From assembly GCA_031414775.1 (NCBI GenBank), contig JANOQI010000048.1:32001-96000 (forward strand): 64,000 bases of DNA, read 5' to 3'. The DNA comes from Synechococcales cyanobacterium VAR_4_metabat_354. Lineage in GTDB: Bacteria; Cyanobacteriota; Cyanobacteriia; Cyanobacteriales; Chamaesiphonaceae. How positions within the stretch are numbered: the stretch's first letter is position 1; the number at the start of each line of letters is the position of its first letter. Shown here piece after piece: positions 9,752 to 19,045 of the stretch. The position numbers and the translations under genes are program-made. The notes under the pieces are model-generated. The model searched no databases, was not told the DNA's origin, and saw only the letters and a list, made by a program, of their open reading frames with translations.

Positions 9752-9945
9752 CATTGGCTTGAGATTAAGATCCTCGATCGCTTCGCTAATCATTTTAGAG
9801 ATCCAGGGTGCGTAAATACTGCAAATGGCTGAGGGTGATTAAATAGGAATGAGATATATTTATCTTGTGAGCCTGATGCAGATAGTGAATTTTAAGCAAT
9901 CAGCCAGGTCATTCAATTTGAATCTTCTTTAGGTATTGTGAAGCG

Positions 9946-10017
9946 ATAGCAACTCATTACCGGGGGAATCGGGGTTTAGTTTTGCTAAGGTTGGTACTAG
10001 TTACCAGCCTTTTTTTT
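9946..10017 (+). ncRNA. Candidate small RNA, copy 2
   Basis: -10-like TATTGT at 9934-9939, same body and terminator with a longer T run; 5' end inferred. Confidence 0.5.
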
Positions 10018-10037
10018 CGTTTTAAGCTATATCCCCT

Positions 10038-10895
10038 ATGTCCCATTTCGCTTTACCCCCTTGGATTGTTCTAGATGCTCTGCTCGATCGCTGGCTGCAA
10101 GAAGACATTGGTCGCGGCGATCGAGCTAGTCAGGGTTTACCGCCACGCCTGATGACAGCACGGTGGACGGTGAAAGCACCAGGGTTAATAGCTGGTCTGC
10201 CCGTCGCCGCTCGGGTTTTTCAGCGGCTGAGTCCTAGTATTAATTTTCAAGCACTAGTGGAGGAAGGCACAAATTGTGAACCTCAAACAGTTATTGCTGA
10301 AATCACCGGCCAAATTGCTGATTTACTGATGGGTGAGCGCACGGCTTTGAATTTGGTGATGCGCTTAAGCGGCATTGCCACAGCAACCCATACTTACGCC
10401 GCTACGATCGCCGATTTACCAGTCAAATTGGTGGATACTCGCAAAACGACACCAGGCTTAAGAATCCTGGAAAAATATGCCACCACCGTTGGCGGCGGGG
10501 TCAATCACCGTTGGGGTTTGGATGACGGGGCAATGATTAAAGATAACCATATTGCAGCGGCTGGGGGGATCGCCGCAGCGGTAGCAGCAGTGCGCCAAGT
10601 TCTACCCTATCCCCTGACGATCGAAGTAGAAACCGAATCGATCGCTCAAGTCCAGGAGGCGCTGGACTGCGGTGTAGATATCATTATGTTGGATAATATG
10701 CCAGTGGAGATGATGAAAATGGCGGTAGCAGCTTGTCGGCAGTTCAATCCGCGTATTAAGTTGGAAGCCTCTGGAAATATTACACTGGCTACTATTCGGG
10801 CAGTGGCAGCAACGGGGGTAGATTACATTTCTACTAGTGCTCCGATCACTCGGTCGCCGTGGCTAGATATCAGTATGCGCTTAATCGTTCCGTAA
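10038..10895 (+). CDS. nadC: Nicotinate-nucleotide pyrophosphorylase (quinolinate phosphoribosyltransferase)
   Basis: DTRKTTPG, NHRWGLDD..MIKDNH, IEVETE, IMLDNM, LEASGNI. Confidence 0.96.
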   Translation: MSHFALPPWIVLDALLDRWLQEDIGRGDRASQGLPPRLMTARWTVKAPGLIAGLPVAARVFQRLSPSINFQALVEEGTNCEPQTVIAEITGQIADLLMGERTALNLVMRLSGIATATHTYAATIADLPVKLVDTRKTTPGLRILEKYATTVGGGVNHRWGLDDGAMIKDNHIAAAGGIAAAVAAVRQVLPYPLTIEVETESIAQVQEALDCGVDIIMLDNMPVEMMKMAVAACRQFNPRIKLEASGNITLATIRAVAATGVDYISTSAPITRSPWLDISMRLIVP

Positions 10896-10959
10896 GTACT
10901 CTACTGGGGACAACAGCGGTATGATACAGCATGGTTGTTAATGGTCAGCACTGAGAGGA

Positions 10960-11778
10960 TTGCCGTATATGGATTTTTGGAAGCAGGTATTCACCCTGGC
11001 AGAATCGACAGCCCAGCGGGTTGGTCAGCAGCTCCTCCAAGATTTTGGCCATGCTACAGCTCAGACTAAAGCCGATGGTAGTTTAGTTACTCAGTCCGAT
11101 CAATGGGCAGATGCGGAGATTAAAGCAACCATCACAGCCGCTTTCCCCGATCATGCGGTGCTCAGCGAAGAAGACTTTCATCTTTTTACCGATACGCCTT
11201 GGACTTGGGTAATCGATCCGATCGATGGCACTACCAATTTCACCAGAGGAATCCCGTTGTGGGGAGTATCGATCGGTTTGCTTTATCAAGGCCAGCCAGT
11301 ATTTGGCTACATCTTTTTTCCGCCAGTCCAGCAAACTTTTTACGGCTATTGGCCGGGTACTACTGGTTTAGATATGCCGCAAGGGGCTTGGCTGAATGGT
11401 CAACCCATTCACAGCAGCGCTGACCAACCCAGCAGCAATCATCTCTTCGGTCTCTGTGCCCGGAGTAGTAGTGTGTTGAAGAATAAGCTACCAGCCAAAA
11501 TTCGGATGATTGGAGTAACTACTTATAGCTTCTCGGCGGTGGCGGCGGGGTTGATGATCGGGGCGGTAGAATCTACACCCAAGATTTGGGATTTAGCAGC
11601 AGTATGGCCGATTTTGCACGCTGCTGGCGGTCATTGGATTTCGCTGTCGGCTGATCCGATTTTTCCGGCACAGGTGGGGAAGGATTATGGTAGTTATCCG
11701 CTACCTAGTTTGTTGCTAGCGCGATCGGAGTTAGCACCAATGTTCGAGCCACTAATTCGAGATGGACTAGGTAAATAA
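10960..11778 (+). CDS. Inositol monophosphatase family protein
   Basis: KADGSLVT, SEE, WVIDPIDGTTNF, WDLAA. Confidence 0.9.
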   Translation: MPYMDFWKQVFTLAESTAQRVGQQLLQDFGHATAQTKADGSLVTQSDQWADAEIKATITAAFPDHAVLSEEDFHLFTDTPWTWVIDPIDGTTNFTRGIPLWGVSIGLLYQGQPVFGYIFFPPVQQTFYGYWPGTTGLDMPQGAWLNGQPIHSSADQPSSNHLFGLCARSSSVLKNKLPAKIRMIGVTTYSFSAVAAGLMIGAVESTPKIWDLAAVWPILHAAGGHWISLSADPIFPAQVGKDYGSYPLPSLLLARSELAPMFEPLIRDGLGK

Positions 11779-11837
11779 GCTAAATATCACTGGTCGCGAA
11801 TCAAACAAGATTGAGACAGGTTTCGATCGATCACATT

Positions 11838-12104
11838 CTAATTGTTGCGATACCGAATTTTGAGCACCAAAATCACTCCAGCTAACAGGAGGGTAAAGAT
11901 ATTAGCCAGCAAAATCGGCAAATCGTGAATCGCTAACCCATAGGCTAACCAGAGGATGATGCCCAGGCACAACACAATTAGCATTGTCCAAGAAATATCC
12001 CCGGCAGATTTAGACTGCCACGTTTTGATTAATTGTGGGAGGTACGCGATCGTGGTTAATATGCCTGCGGTGATTCCCAAGGTTGTGATGTAATCAATTT
12101 CCAT
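11838..12104 (-). CDS. SemiSWEET (PQ-loop) sugar transporter
   Basis: 88 aa, three TM helices, LPQLIKTWQSKSAGDIS, WLAYG, LANIFT. Confidence 0.9.
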   Translation of the reverse strand: MEIDYITTLGITAGILTTIAYLPQLIKTWQSKSAGDISWTMLIVLCLGIILWLAYGLAIHDLPILLANIFTLLLAGVILVLKIRYRNN

Positions 12105-12202
12105 TGGTTAATGACTAAAAATTCTTTAGTCTGCATCTTTAGGAAAATTATAGAGCGAATTTAATTTCAGCAGCGCCAGTTTTTCAATTTTGATTCGATC
12201 GA

Positions 12203-13213
12203 TCAAGCCAAAAACTTCACTAACTCGGTCAGTTTTTCCCAGGCCGCACCGCTGGCTAAGACTTGTTTGGCGATCGATATCCCTTTTTGATGATCGCCCA
12301 AGGGCACCATCCCCCCCACTTGCAGTGCCAGACTGGTATTTAGAGCTACCACATCTTGTTGTGCGGTTGTGCCCCAGCCTTGTAGCAACTCAGTCAAGAT
12401 GCCCGCATTAGTAGCCACATCACCACCCGCTAAGGCCGCAATTGGGGCGTGGACAATCCCCAATTCCATAGGCTTAATAACGGCTGACTGCACCTGACCA
12501 TTCACCAGAATCGCTAAATCCGTCGCATCCCCCAAACCAGCCTCATCCAGCTTTTCCCGGCCATGCAAGACGATCGCTGTTTCTGTACCCAAGATTCCCA
12601 AAGCTTCAGCCATTACAGTAAGTAATTGAGGATCAGAGGTGCCAATTATTTGACCGGTGGGGCGCAGGGGATTAACCAACGGACCGAGTAGATTAAAAAC
12701 CGTCCGAATTTTTAGTTCTTGACGCAGCGGAGCTACCGCTTTCATTGCCGGATGCCAACCGGGGGCAAACAAAAACGTAATTCCCACTTCCTCTACAGCG
12801 GCTCGCACTCGATCGCTGGCTGCTCCCAAATTCACCCTTAAAGATTCCAAAACATCGGCAGAACCCACCCGACTGGAGGCCGATCGATTGCCGTGTTTAG
12901 CAACTTTTAAACCCGCTGCTGCCGCTACAAAGGCTACTGCTGTGGAAATATTAAAGGTATCTGCCCCATCACCGCCAGTACCGCAGGTATCGATCACCGG
13001 CTGGGGATGATCGATCGCCTCGGCCTGTAGAACCTTAGCCATCCCGGCCAGTTCTGCTGCGGATAAGCCCTTGGCTCGCAAAGCCACCAAAATCGCCCCG
13101 GATAATCCAGGGGAGATTTGCTCATTGAGCCAGCCCTGCATCAATTTTGTGGCTTGGTCTTGGCTGAGAGATTGTCGATCGAGTAGTTGTTGCAGGAGTT
13201 GTGGCCAAGACAT
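12203..13213 (-). CDS. trpD: Anthranilate phosphoribosyltransferase
   Basis: [39 protein letters not shown]. Confidence 0.97.
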   Translation of the reverse strand: MSWPQLLQQLLDRQSLSQDQATKLMQGWLNEQISPGLSGAILVALRAKGLSAAELAGMAKVLQAEAIDHPQPVIDTCGTGGDGADTFNISTAVAFVAAAAGLKVAKHGNRSASSRVGSADVLESLRVNLGAASDRVRAAVEEVGITFLFAPGWHPAMKAVAPLRQELKIRTVFNLLGPLVNPLRPTGQIIGTSDPQLLTVMAEALGILGTETAIVLHGREKLDEAGLGDATDLAILVNGQVQSAVIKPMELGIVHAPIAALAGGDVATNAGILTELLQGWGTTAQQDVVALNTSLALQVGGMVPLGDHQKGISIAKQVLASGAAWEKLTELVKFLA

Positions 13214-13280
13214 ACGCGAAATGAATCAAGAATTGATCTGATTTTAAAGCAGTTCGAGCGAAACAACCCCATCTACTTTG

Positions 13281-13557
13281 ATGACTAGGGATTGGATTGC
13301 GCCGCTGGCGTATTTGGCCATCCTTGAGATTATTTATGATATACTATCGGTGTCGTAAAGTTAACCATTCCTTTGGTTGATCGATTGTTGGTCATAGACG
13401 GCACCTTCCTCGGCACCACCAATAAGCGAAATCCTTTGCCTTTCCGATGGAAAATAATCAGTACAGCGTCACCAATCTCTGTGCACGGATTCGTGCCCGC
13501 CAGTCCCAAGGAAAAAATTATTCTTTGATTGTTGTCTCCGAAACGGTAAAGACATAA
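13281..13557 (+). pseudogene. pfkA: Degenerate 6-phosphofructokinase (PfkA family) remnant
   Basis: 13373-13446 reads LVDRLLVIDGTFLGTTNKRN, then after a frameshift FAFPMEN (family motif GGTxLGTTNKGDPFAFPM); 13447-13557 reads ..YSVTNLCARIRARQSQGKNYSLIVVSETVKT* (post-IPE segment); left boundary approximate. Confidence 0.75.
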
Positions 13558-13559
13558 TA

Positions 13560-14021
13560 ATGACTGAGATCGCATGTGCCATTGGCCTGGGTAGTAACCT
13601 GGGTCCTAGTCAGCAAATTTTGGAACAGTCGATCGCCCAACTCCTTGCTGTTTCTCAAATTAAAAACATCCAGGTTTCTCGCTGGTACCAAACTAAACCA
13701 GTGGGGCCGCCCCAACCCGACTACCTAAATGGCTGTGCTACTTTTACAACTAGTTTGAATCCTTGGCAATTGTTGGAGGTCTTGCAATCGATCGAACAAC
13801 ATTTTGGTCGGGAGCGACAGGTGCATTGGGGAGCCAGGACGCTGGATTTGGATTTGTTGCTCTATGGTCGCTGGCAAATTGAGACAGCAAATCTGCAAGT
13901 ACCTCACCCTTACATGGCGGAGCGTAGTTTTGTGTTGGTGCCGCTGGCGGAAATTGCTGGGGATTGGTTGTGGCATGGCGTGTCTATTAATGATCTGCGA
14001 TCAAGGTTAGGCTGTGAATAA
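13560..14021 (+). CDS. folK: 2-amino-4-hydroxy-6-hydroxymethyldihydropteridine diphosphokinase
   Basis: IGLGSNLG, QPDYLN, RTLDLDLL, VPHP, RSFVLVPL. Confidence 0.96.
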   Translation: MTEIACAIGLGSNLGPSQQILEQSIAQLLAVSQIKNIQVSRWYQTKPVGPPQPDYLNGCATFTTSLNPWQLLEVLQSIEQHFGRERQVHWGARTLDLDLLLYGRWQIETANLQVPHPYMAERSFVLVPLAEIAGDWLWHGVSINDLRSRLGCE

Positions 14022-14083
14022 CAACATAATTGGCTTTTTTCTCCTATACTTTTTTGGGATAGAGCCTCTCACACCATAAAATT

Positions 14084-14632
14084 ATGCCCCTCGGAAACGA
14101 AATAGCAGAAGTCATTCAGCCTCAATTTTTCTATCAGTCGCGCAAATTTTCGATTCGGGGCGACAGGTTACGGCTCCCCAACGGTGTCGAAGGAGAATGG
14201 ACTTGTGTCCAGCATCCCGGCGGTGCCACCGTAGTACCAGTGACCCCTGATGGCCGATTAATTTTAGTGAAGCAGTATCGGTTTGCCGTGCGGGGTCGGA
14301 TCTTAGAGTTTCCCGCTGGCACCTTAGAAATCGGTGAAAGTCCCGCCGAAACCATCCAGCGTGAGATTGAAGAAGAAACGGGTCATCAGGCCAGCAAATG
14401 GACGGACTTGGGTGAATTCTTTTTAGCTCCCGGCTACTCCGATGAAATTATTTATGCCTTCCTAGCCGAAGGCGCAGTACCAGTCCCCAATCCTCCCGCT
14501 CAAGATGATGACGAAGACATGGAAGTAGTGTTTATGACCCCAGCCGAACTAGAAGCTCAAATTTTTGCCGGAACCGGGATTGATGCCAAGTCGATCGCGG
14601 CCTATTTTCTAGCCAAGCGTTTTTTGTCTTAA
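14084..14632 (+). CDS. NUDIX hydrolase (ADP-ribose pyrophosphatase-like)
   Basis: Nudix box PAGTLEIGESPAETIQREIEEETG; KQYRF; LAPGYSDE. Confidence 0.92.
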   Translation: MPLGNEIAEVIQPQFFYQSRKFSIRGDRLRLPNGVEGEWTCVQHPGGATVVPVTPDGRLILVKQYRFAVRGRILEFPAGTLEIGESPAETIQREIEEETGHQASKWTDLGEFFLAPGYSDEIIYAFLAEGAVPVPNPPAQDDDEDMEVVFMTPAELEAQIFAGTGIDAKSIAAYFLAKRFLS

Positions 14633-14633
14633 A

Positions 14634-15242
14634 TCAAACTGGACTCTGACCATAAATAGGTAAAACCGATTCCCAAGACGATCGATCGCCCTTTTCCCAT
14701 TGATACTTAGCTAACTCCCACACCGCCGACACCGTATAACTCACATCCGCACCAGCTGCAATCACTACCCGTTGCGAACCAGCAGTTTTTAGCGCCCATT
14801 CCTCGGGAGTTGTTACTTGATCGGCTTGTCGCACTGATAATTTTTGCTGTGGCCGATCAACCATATAAATGCCGGCATGAATCTGATCGCGCTGGGCAGG
14901 AATTTCCACCGCGATCGATCCATCTTGACCCTGGCTCCAAGCGATCGCCGCCAAACTAGAAATCCCAAACACCGGAATCTGGAGCTGCTGACCAATCGTG
15001 CGCGCCGTAACTACAGCGAGTCTAGTTCCCGTAAATCCCCCCGGTCCGATCGCCACTGCCACCCAGGCCAAATCCGACCAAGACTGAGGCACCATAAATT
15101 TTGCTAGATAAGATTGCAGCACGTTAGAAGTCTCCCGACCCAACGGCCAAGACTGAGATCGACAACTTGCAGCTGCTAAATCTCCGATCGATAGTCCCAA
15201 TGCAGGGCTACTAGTGTGCAGTGCCAGACCGTATTTCGCCAT
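14634..15242 (-). CDS. tsaB: tRNA threonylcarbamoyladenosine biosynthesis protein TsaB
   Basis: LALHTS, VAIGPGGFTGTRL, VLPIYGQ; start set at ATG 15242 (MAKYGLALH), overlapping the kinase 3' end. Confidence 0.9.
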   Translation of the reverse strand: MAKYGLALHTSSPALGLSIGDLAAASCRSQSWPLGRETSNVLQSYLAKFMVPQSWSDLAWVAVAIGPGGFTGTRLAVVTARTIGQQLQIPVFGISSLAAIAWSQGQDGSIAVEIPAQRDQIHAGIYMVDRPQQKLSVRQADQVTTPEEWALKTAGSQRVVIAAGADVSYTVSAVWELAKYQWEKGDRSSWESVLPIYGQSPV

Positions 15243-17145
15243 AAATTTTAATTGTTTTATCCCAACTGCCCCCGACCAATTTAGCACTATCCGGGCTAAA
15301 AGCCAGGGCTTTGACGGCACTACTAAAGTCGTCGGTAATGACTTGCGCCAACTCCCCACTAGGCAAATGCCAGAGCCGGATGGTGCGATCGATCGACCCA
15401 GAAGCCAACCATTGATTATTGGGACTAATCGCCACGCTCAAAACTGTGTCACGATGACCCCTCAAAAATTGACTTCGGGAAGTTTGCAGATCTTGCAACT
15501 TGACGGTGTGATCAGCGCTGGCACTAGCAATATATCGATCGCTGATCGCCAGTTGATGAATAGTGCCGCTATGGACATCATTCATGATTTTAATAGGGTT
15601 TTTTTTGGCAGTATCCCAAAACCGGATACTGCGATCGGCTCCGGCACTCACCAAAATCTCACTGTTTGGCAAAAATCCCAGACTAGTCACCGACTGATTG
15701 TGACCATCAAAGGTATACACTAGCGACCAGTTATCGCTATTCCACAGCCGGATTTTTTGGTCTGCACTGGCACTCGCCAACAGCTTGCCGTTACCACTAA
15801 AGGCCATAGCATAGACTTTGCCTCCATGACTATCATCGGTGCTGAGGTCAACCCGCAGGGTACGCACCACCGCGCCAATGTGCGGCATCCGGCGCACCTG
15901 GACTTTTTTGTCTTCGCCACTAACCATGATTTGGCCAGCAGGGTGAATAGCGATCGCCCAAATTTCCCGATTACTGCATATGCAGGCGGCGGGCTTTTGG
16001 AAACGGAGATTCCAAATCGCCATATTTCCTAGCTCATCAGCACTAGCCAAAGATTGGCCATCCGGGAAAAAAGCCAACGCATTGATTGGCCGACTGTGCC
16101 AATCCAGAGTATTTTCTAGTCGCCAATATGGAAATGACTGCTGTTGAGATTCTTGAACAGCTGGCTGATTGACAATAGCCGGTAGCCTCGACTGGTAAGT
16201 ACTTGTTGCTGTTGTTGCACTAGTCAGCGGCATCGTCTGGGGCATGACGGGTGGGATAGACCGCTCAGCCGCTAAATCTTTAAATACCTCTGCTACAGAC
16301 TGGTAACGTTCGGCTAAAGTATAAGCCACTAATTTATTGAGGATGGTGGTGAAGTGGTGGTCGATCGATCGATCGCCCAGCTGCTTTTCCCAGATCCAAA
16401 CCATTTCGTTCATGTCACTGAGTTGGTCAGGGGCGATGCCGGTCAATAGATTCAGGCAAGTGACTCCCAGACTATACAGATCGCTGCCAAAGGTGGCAAA
16501 ACCACGCAGCTGCTCAGGAGCCGTATATTCAAAAGTGCCGATGCTGGTACCTTGATTGACCACGGTTGTCGCTGATACCGACTTGGCCGCCCCAAAATCT
16601 ACTAAAAATAGCTTGCGATCGCTAGCCCGGCGAATGATATTTTCGGGTTTAATATCCCGATGAATCACTTGATTCTCATGGACATACCCCAAAATCTTGA
16701 GCAACTCTGGCAAGATTTCTAGAATTTTGGCTGGAGAAAAAGCGCCTTCTTCGTGCAACTCGTCTGCTAAATTTTGACCACTGATGAATTCTTGAACTAA
16801 ATACTGCTGACCATCAGCCGTCACAAAGTAGGCAAACAAATCGGGGATTTGGGGATGGACACCCAGTCTTTCCAGGGTAGCCGCTTCCTGCTTAAATAAT
16901 TCTCCGGCCTTAGCAATCGAGGCGGTGCCCTGCACAGTGGGAAAAAACTGTTTAATCACACAGGGCGGCTGGGAAGGTCGGTCTTCATCCACTGCCAGGA
17001 AAGTTTTGCCAAATCCACCCTGACCAATCAGTGCAATAGCTCGATATCGATCGCGCAACAATAAAGGGTCACCACAATTGATGCAAAACTTAGACTGTTC
17101 AGCATTTTGAGGCTTGGTGCATTTGGGATTGAGGCAATAACTCAT
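15211..17145 (-). CDS. Ser/Thr protein kinase with N-terminal 4-Cys motif and C-terminal WD40 repeats
   Basis: CLNPKC..FCINCG; IGQGGFGKT, HRDIKPEN, VDFG, APE; GH..WD-type repeats. Confidence 0.93.
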   Translation of the reverse strand: MSYCLNPKCTKPQNAEQSKFCINCGDPLLLRDRYRAIALIGQGGFGKTFLAVDEDRPSQPPCVIKQFFPTVQGTASIAKAGELFKQEAATLERLGVHPQIPDLFAYFVTADGQQYLVQEFISGQNLADELHEEGAFSPAKILEILPELLKILGYVHENQVIHRDIKPENIIRRASDRKLFLVDFGAAKSVSATTVVNQGTSIGTFEYTAPEQLRGFATFGSDLYSLGVTCLNLLTGIAPDQLSDMNEMVWIWEKQLGDRSIDHHFTTILNKLVAYTLAERYQSVAEVFKDLAAERSIPPVMPQTMPLTSATTATSTYQSRLPAIVNQPAVQESQQQSFPYWRLENTLDWHSRPINALAFFPDGQSLASADELGNMAIWNLRFQKPAACICSNREIWAIAIHPAGQIMVSGEDKKVQVRRMPHIGAVVRTLRVDLSTDDSHGGKVYAMAFSGNGKLLASASADQKIRLWNSDNWSLVYTFDGHNQSVTSLGFLPNSEILVSAGADRSIRFWDTAKKNPIKIMNDVHSGTIHQLAISDRYIASASADHTVKLQDLQTSRSQFLRGHRDTVLSVAISPNNQWLASGSIDRTIRLWHLPSGELAQVITDDFSSAVKALAFSPDSAKLVGGSWDKTIKIYGEIRSGTAH

Positions 17146-17201
17146 GATGATTGGAACAGATATTCAATTTTCAGTCCAGCTAGAATCTTCCTAAACCTTT
17201 T

Positions 17202-18188
17202 TTACTCAGCAATGCTTACTTCCCCTGGTGCCGACTGCTTGCTATACATCATGTCTGCGGCCCAGTTATAAGTGGTAAATTTGGGCAAAACTTCTTGGCA
17301 AAAAGCAGCAGCAGCTTGCGATCGATAGCGGTTGGGGTTCACAATCACGGCCAGTATTCTTTGAATCGTCACTCCTTCGATTTGGGCGCGGCAGATTAGC
17401 CCCATTTGCAGCTCTTTTTCGATGGCGGATAAAGAAACAAAAGCAGCGCCCAAACCAGCTTGTACCGCATTCTTGATCGCTTCGATCGAGTTCAACTCCA
17501 TTTCAATCTTCAGGCGCTTAGGGTCAATATCGCAGCGGGTCAATACCTGGTCGATTACCTTGCGAATTGTAGACTGGGAATCGAGGGCAATAAATTTTAG
17601 CTTGTAAAGATCGTCTTTTTGAATACTACCCATTTTGGCAAAAGCATGGCCGCTGGGAATAATCAGAGCTAGCTCGTCTTCGGCATAGGGAATCACTTCC
17701 AACGATTCTTGCAGTTCAGCCGGTACCTCACCACCAATAATTGCTAAATCTACCTGCCCGTTGGCCACACTCCAAGCAGTGCGGCGGGTGGAATGGACAT
17801 GTAGCTGTACAGCTACTTCTGGATACTTTTCCCGAAACACACCAATCATCCGAGGCAGTAGATAAGTACCAGTCGTTTGAGAAGCCCCCACAATCAAGGT
17901 ACCGCCTTGTAAATTTTGCAAATCTTCGATCGCACGACAAGTTTCTTGGCATAGGGTCAAAATTTTATCGCCATATTCCAAAAGCAGATGTCCGGCCTCG
18001 GTGAGTTGAGCGCGTCTTCCTCCTCGATCGAACAGAGGTACGTCTAACTGCCTTTCCAGGTTTTGAACTTGCAAGCTGACAGCCGGTTGAGAGACATATA
18101 AACTGTCAGCAGCTCTTTTAAAGCTACCTTCAGCCGCAATTGCTTTTAAGATTCGCAACTGGTCTAAAGTAAAAGGGAGGTCAGACAT
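17202..18188 (-). CDS. rbcR: LysR-family regulator RbcR/Ycf30
   Basis: [39 protein letters not shown]-terminus; [19 protein letters not shown]. Confidence 0.93.
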   Translation of the reverse strand: MSDLPFTLDQLRILKAIAAEGSFKRAADSLYVSQPAVSLQVQNLERQLDVPLFDRGGRRAQLTEAGHLLLEYGDKILTLCQETCRAIEDLQNLQGGTLIVGASQTTGTYLLPRMIGVFREKYPEVAVQLHVHSTRRTAWSVANGQVDLAIIGGEVPAELQESLEVIPYAEDELALIIPSGHAFAKMGSIQKDDLYKLKFIALDSQSTIRKVIDQVLTRCDIDPKRLKIEMELNSIEAIKNAVQAGLGAAFVSLSAIEKELQMGLICRAQIEGVTIQRILAVIVNPNRYRSQAAAAFCQEVLPKFTTYNWAADMMYSKQSAPGEVSIAE

Positions 18189-18312
18189 AGCCTAAATCTT
18201 TAGCAGATGAATAGGGAGGAGTCACAGGCACAGGCCGCAACTCCTCAATTATCTACGAAAGTTGATTTTTTATAATAAAAACTTATGTTACAGGTTTAGC
18301 TGCTAAGCCAGA

Positions 18313-18585
18313 CTAGTTGAGAGATTGCAACAATAGGGGCACAACAGAACCAATGGCGCTAAGAGCAAAGATAGCCAGCATTGGTGATAAGTCAAAGTTG
18401 CCGACGGGTGGAATGATATTACGGAAGATATTCAGGTAAGGATCGGTAACTGGACTTAAATACCCAGCAACTTGCTGCATCCATTCCACCGCTGGAAACC
18501 AAGTTAATAGTAGACGGACAAAGATCAGGGTGCTATAAATCGAAATGAAATTCTGAATACTGGTTAATAGTAATAGGGATGTCAT
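18313..18585 (-). CDS. yggT: YggT/Ycf19 family membrane protein
   Basis: RLLLTWFP, TDPYLNIFRNIIPP, DLSPM. Confidence 0.9.
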   Translation of the reverse strand: MTSLLLLTSIQNFISIYSTLIFVRLLLTWFPAVEWMQQVAGYLSPVTDPYLNIFRNIIPPVGNFDLSPMLAIFALSAIGSVVPLLLQSLN

Positions 18586-18645
18586 GATTACCGAGAGAAT
18601 ATTTTCAGACTATGTTTGAATTTTAACTGATCCAGTAGCCAGCAA

Positions 18646-18978
18646 CTAGACTTCCGGCTGTTTGCTAATAGACAAGTGTTCTTCTGCCAACTGCTCTGAT
18701 GATGTTTCGCCCATTTGAACGTTACTCAACGAAGACCGCACCTGTTCGATCGCCCCATTTAAGTCAGCAATCTTATTTTCTAGGCTCTGTTGGGCGGATT
18801 CCATCAGGTCATTATTGGGCACACCACTTTGGGTACGGGCTTTGATCCGACGCAACACCTCTGGCTCTTCGCCGTTGAGTTGGCGACTAGCCAAGACTGC
18901 GCCAATCGTTCCGCCGACTAGACCACCGACCAAGCTACCCAGCAAGAAACCAGCACTAAAACCATCACGTTGACTCAT
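18646..18978 (-). CDS. Conserved hypothetical protein with Gly-rich membrane anchor and coiled coil
   Basis: GF..GFLLG..VGG.VGG..G segment; SLENKIADLN..I..VR; lies between upp and yggT. Confidence 0.8.
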   Translation of the reverse strand: MSQRDGFSAGFLLGSLVGGLVGGTIGAVLASRQLNGEEPEVLRRIKARTQSGVPNNDLMESAQQSLENKIADLNGAIEQVRSSLSNVQMGETSSEQLAEEHLSISKQPEV

Positions 18979-19045
18979 AACTCTCTCCAGTAGTTTGATA
19001 TTGTGATTATTATTTGATAGATTGCCCAGATTGATGGCTCAGAGC

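Larger units (their letters stand above)
9558..10017 (+). repeat. Imperfect direct repeat, two ~195-bp copies (9558-9751 and 9823-10017)
   Basis: Shared AAATGGCTGAnGGTGAT, ATGAGATATwTTTATCTTrTGAGCCTGA and a ~100-bp near-identical core ending AAGGTTGGTACTAGTTACCAGCCTTTTT. Confidence 0.95.

Noticed and set aside
9560..9832. 90-aa ORF across repeat copy 1
   Set aside because: It runs through the terminator hairpin, and the equivalent frame in copy 2 is broken by a stop and an indel
9558..10017. Possible CRISPR array or type III antitoxin array
   Set aside because: Only two long units, no short repeat-spacer periodicity, and no cas or toxin gene nearby
13330..13575. 81-aa minus-strand ORF between trpD and folK
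   Set aside because: Antisense shadow of the pfkA remnant and the folK start; no recognisable motifs
15243..15359. N-terminal extension of TsaB in the ORF track
   Set aside because: It lies inside the kinase gene in another frame; TsaB similarity starts at MAKYGLALH
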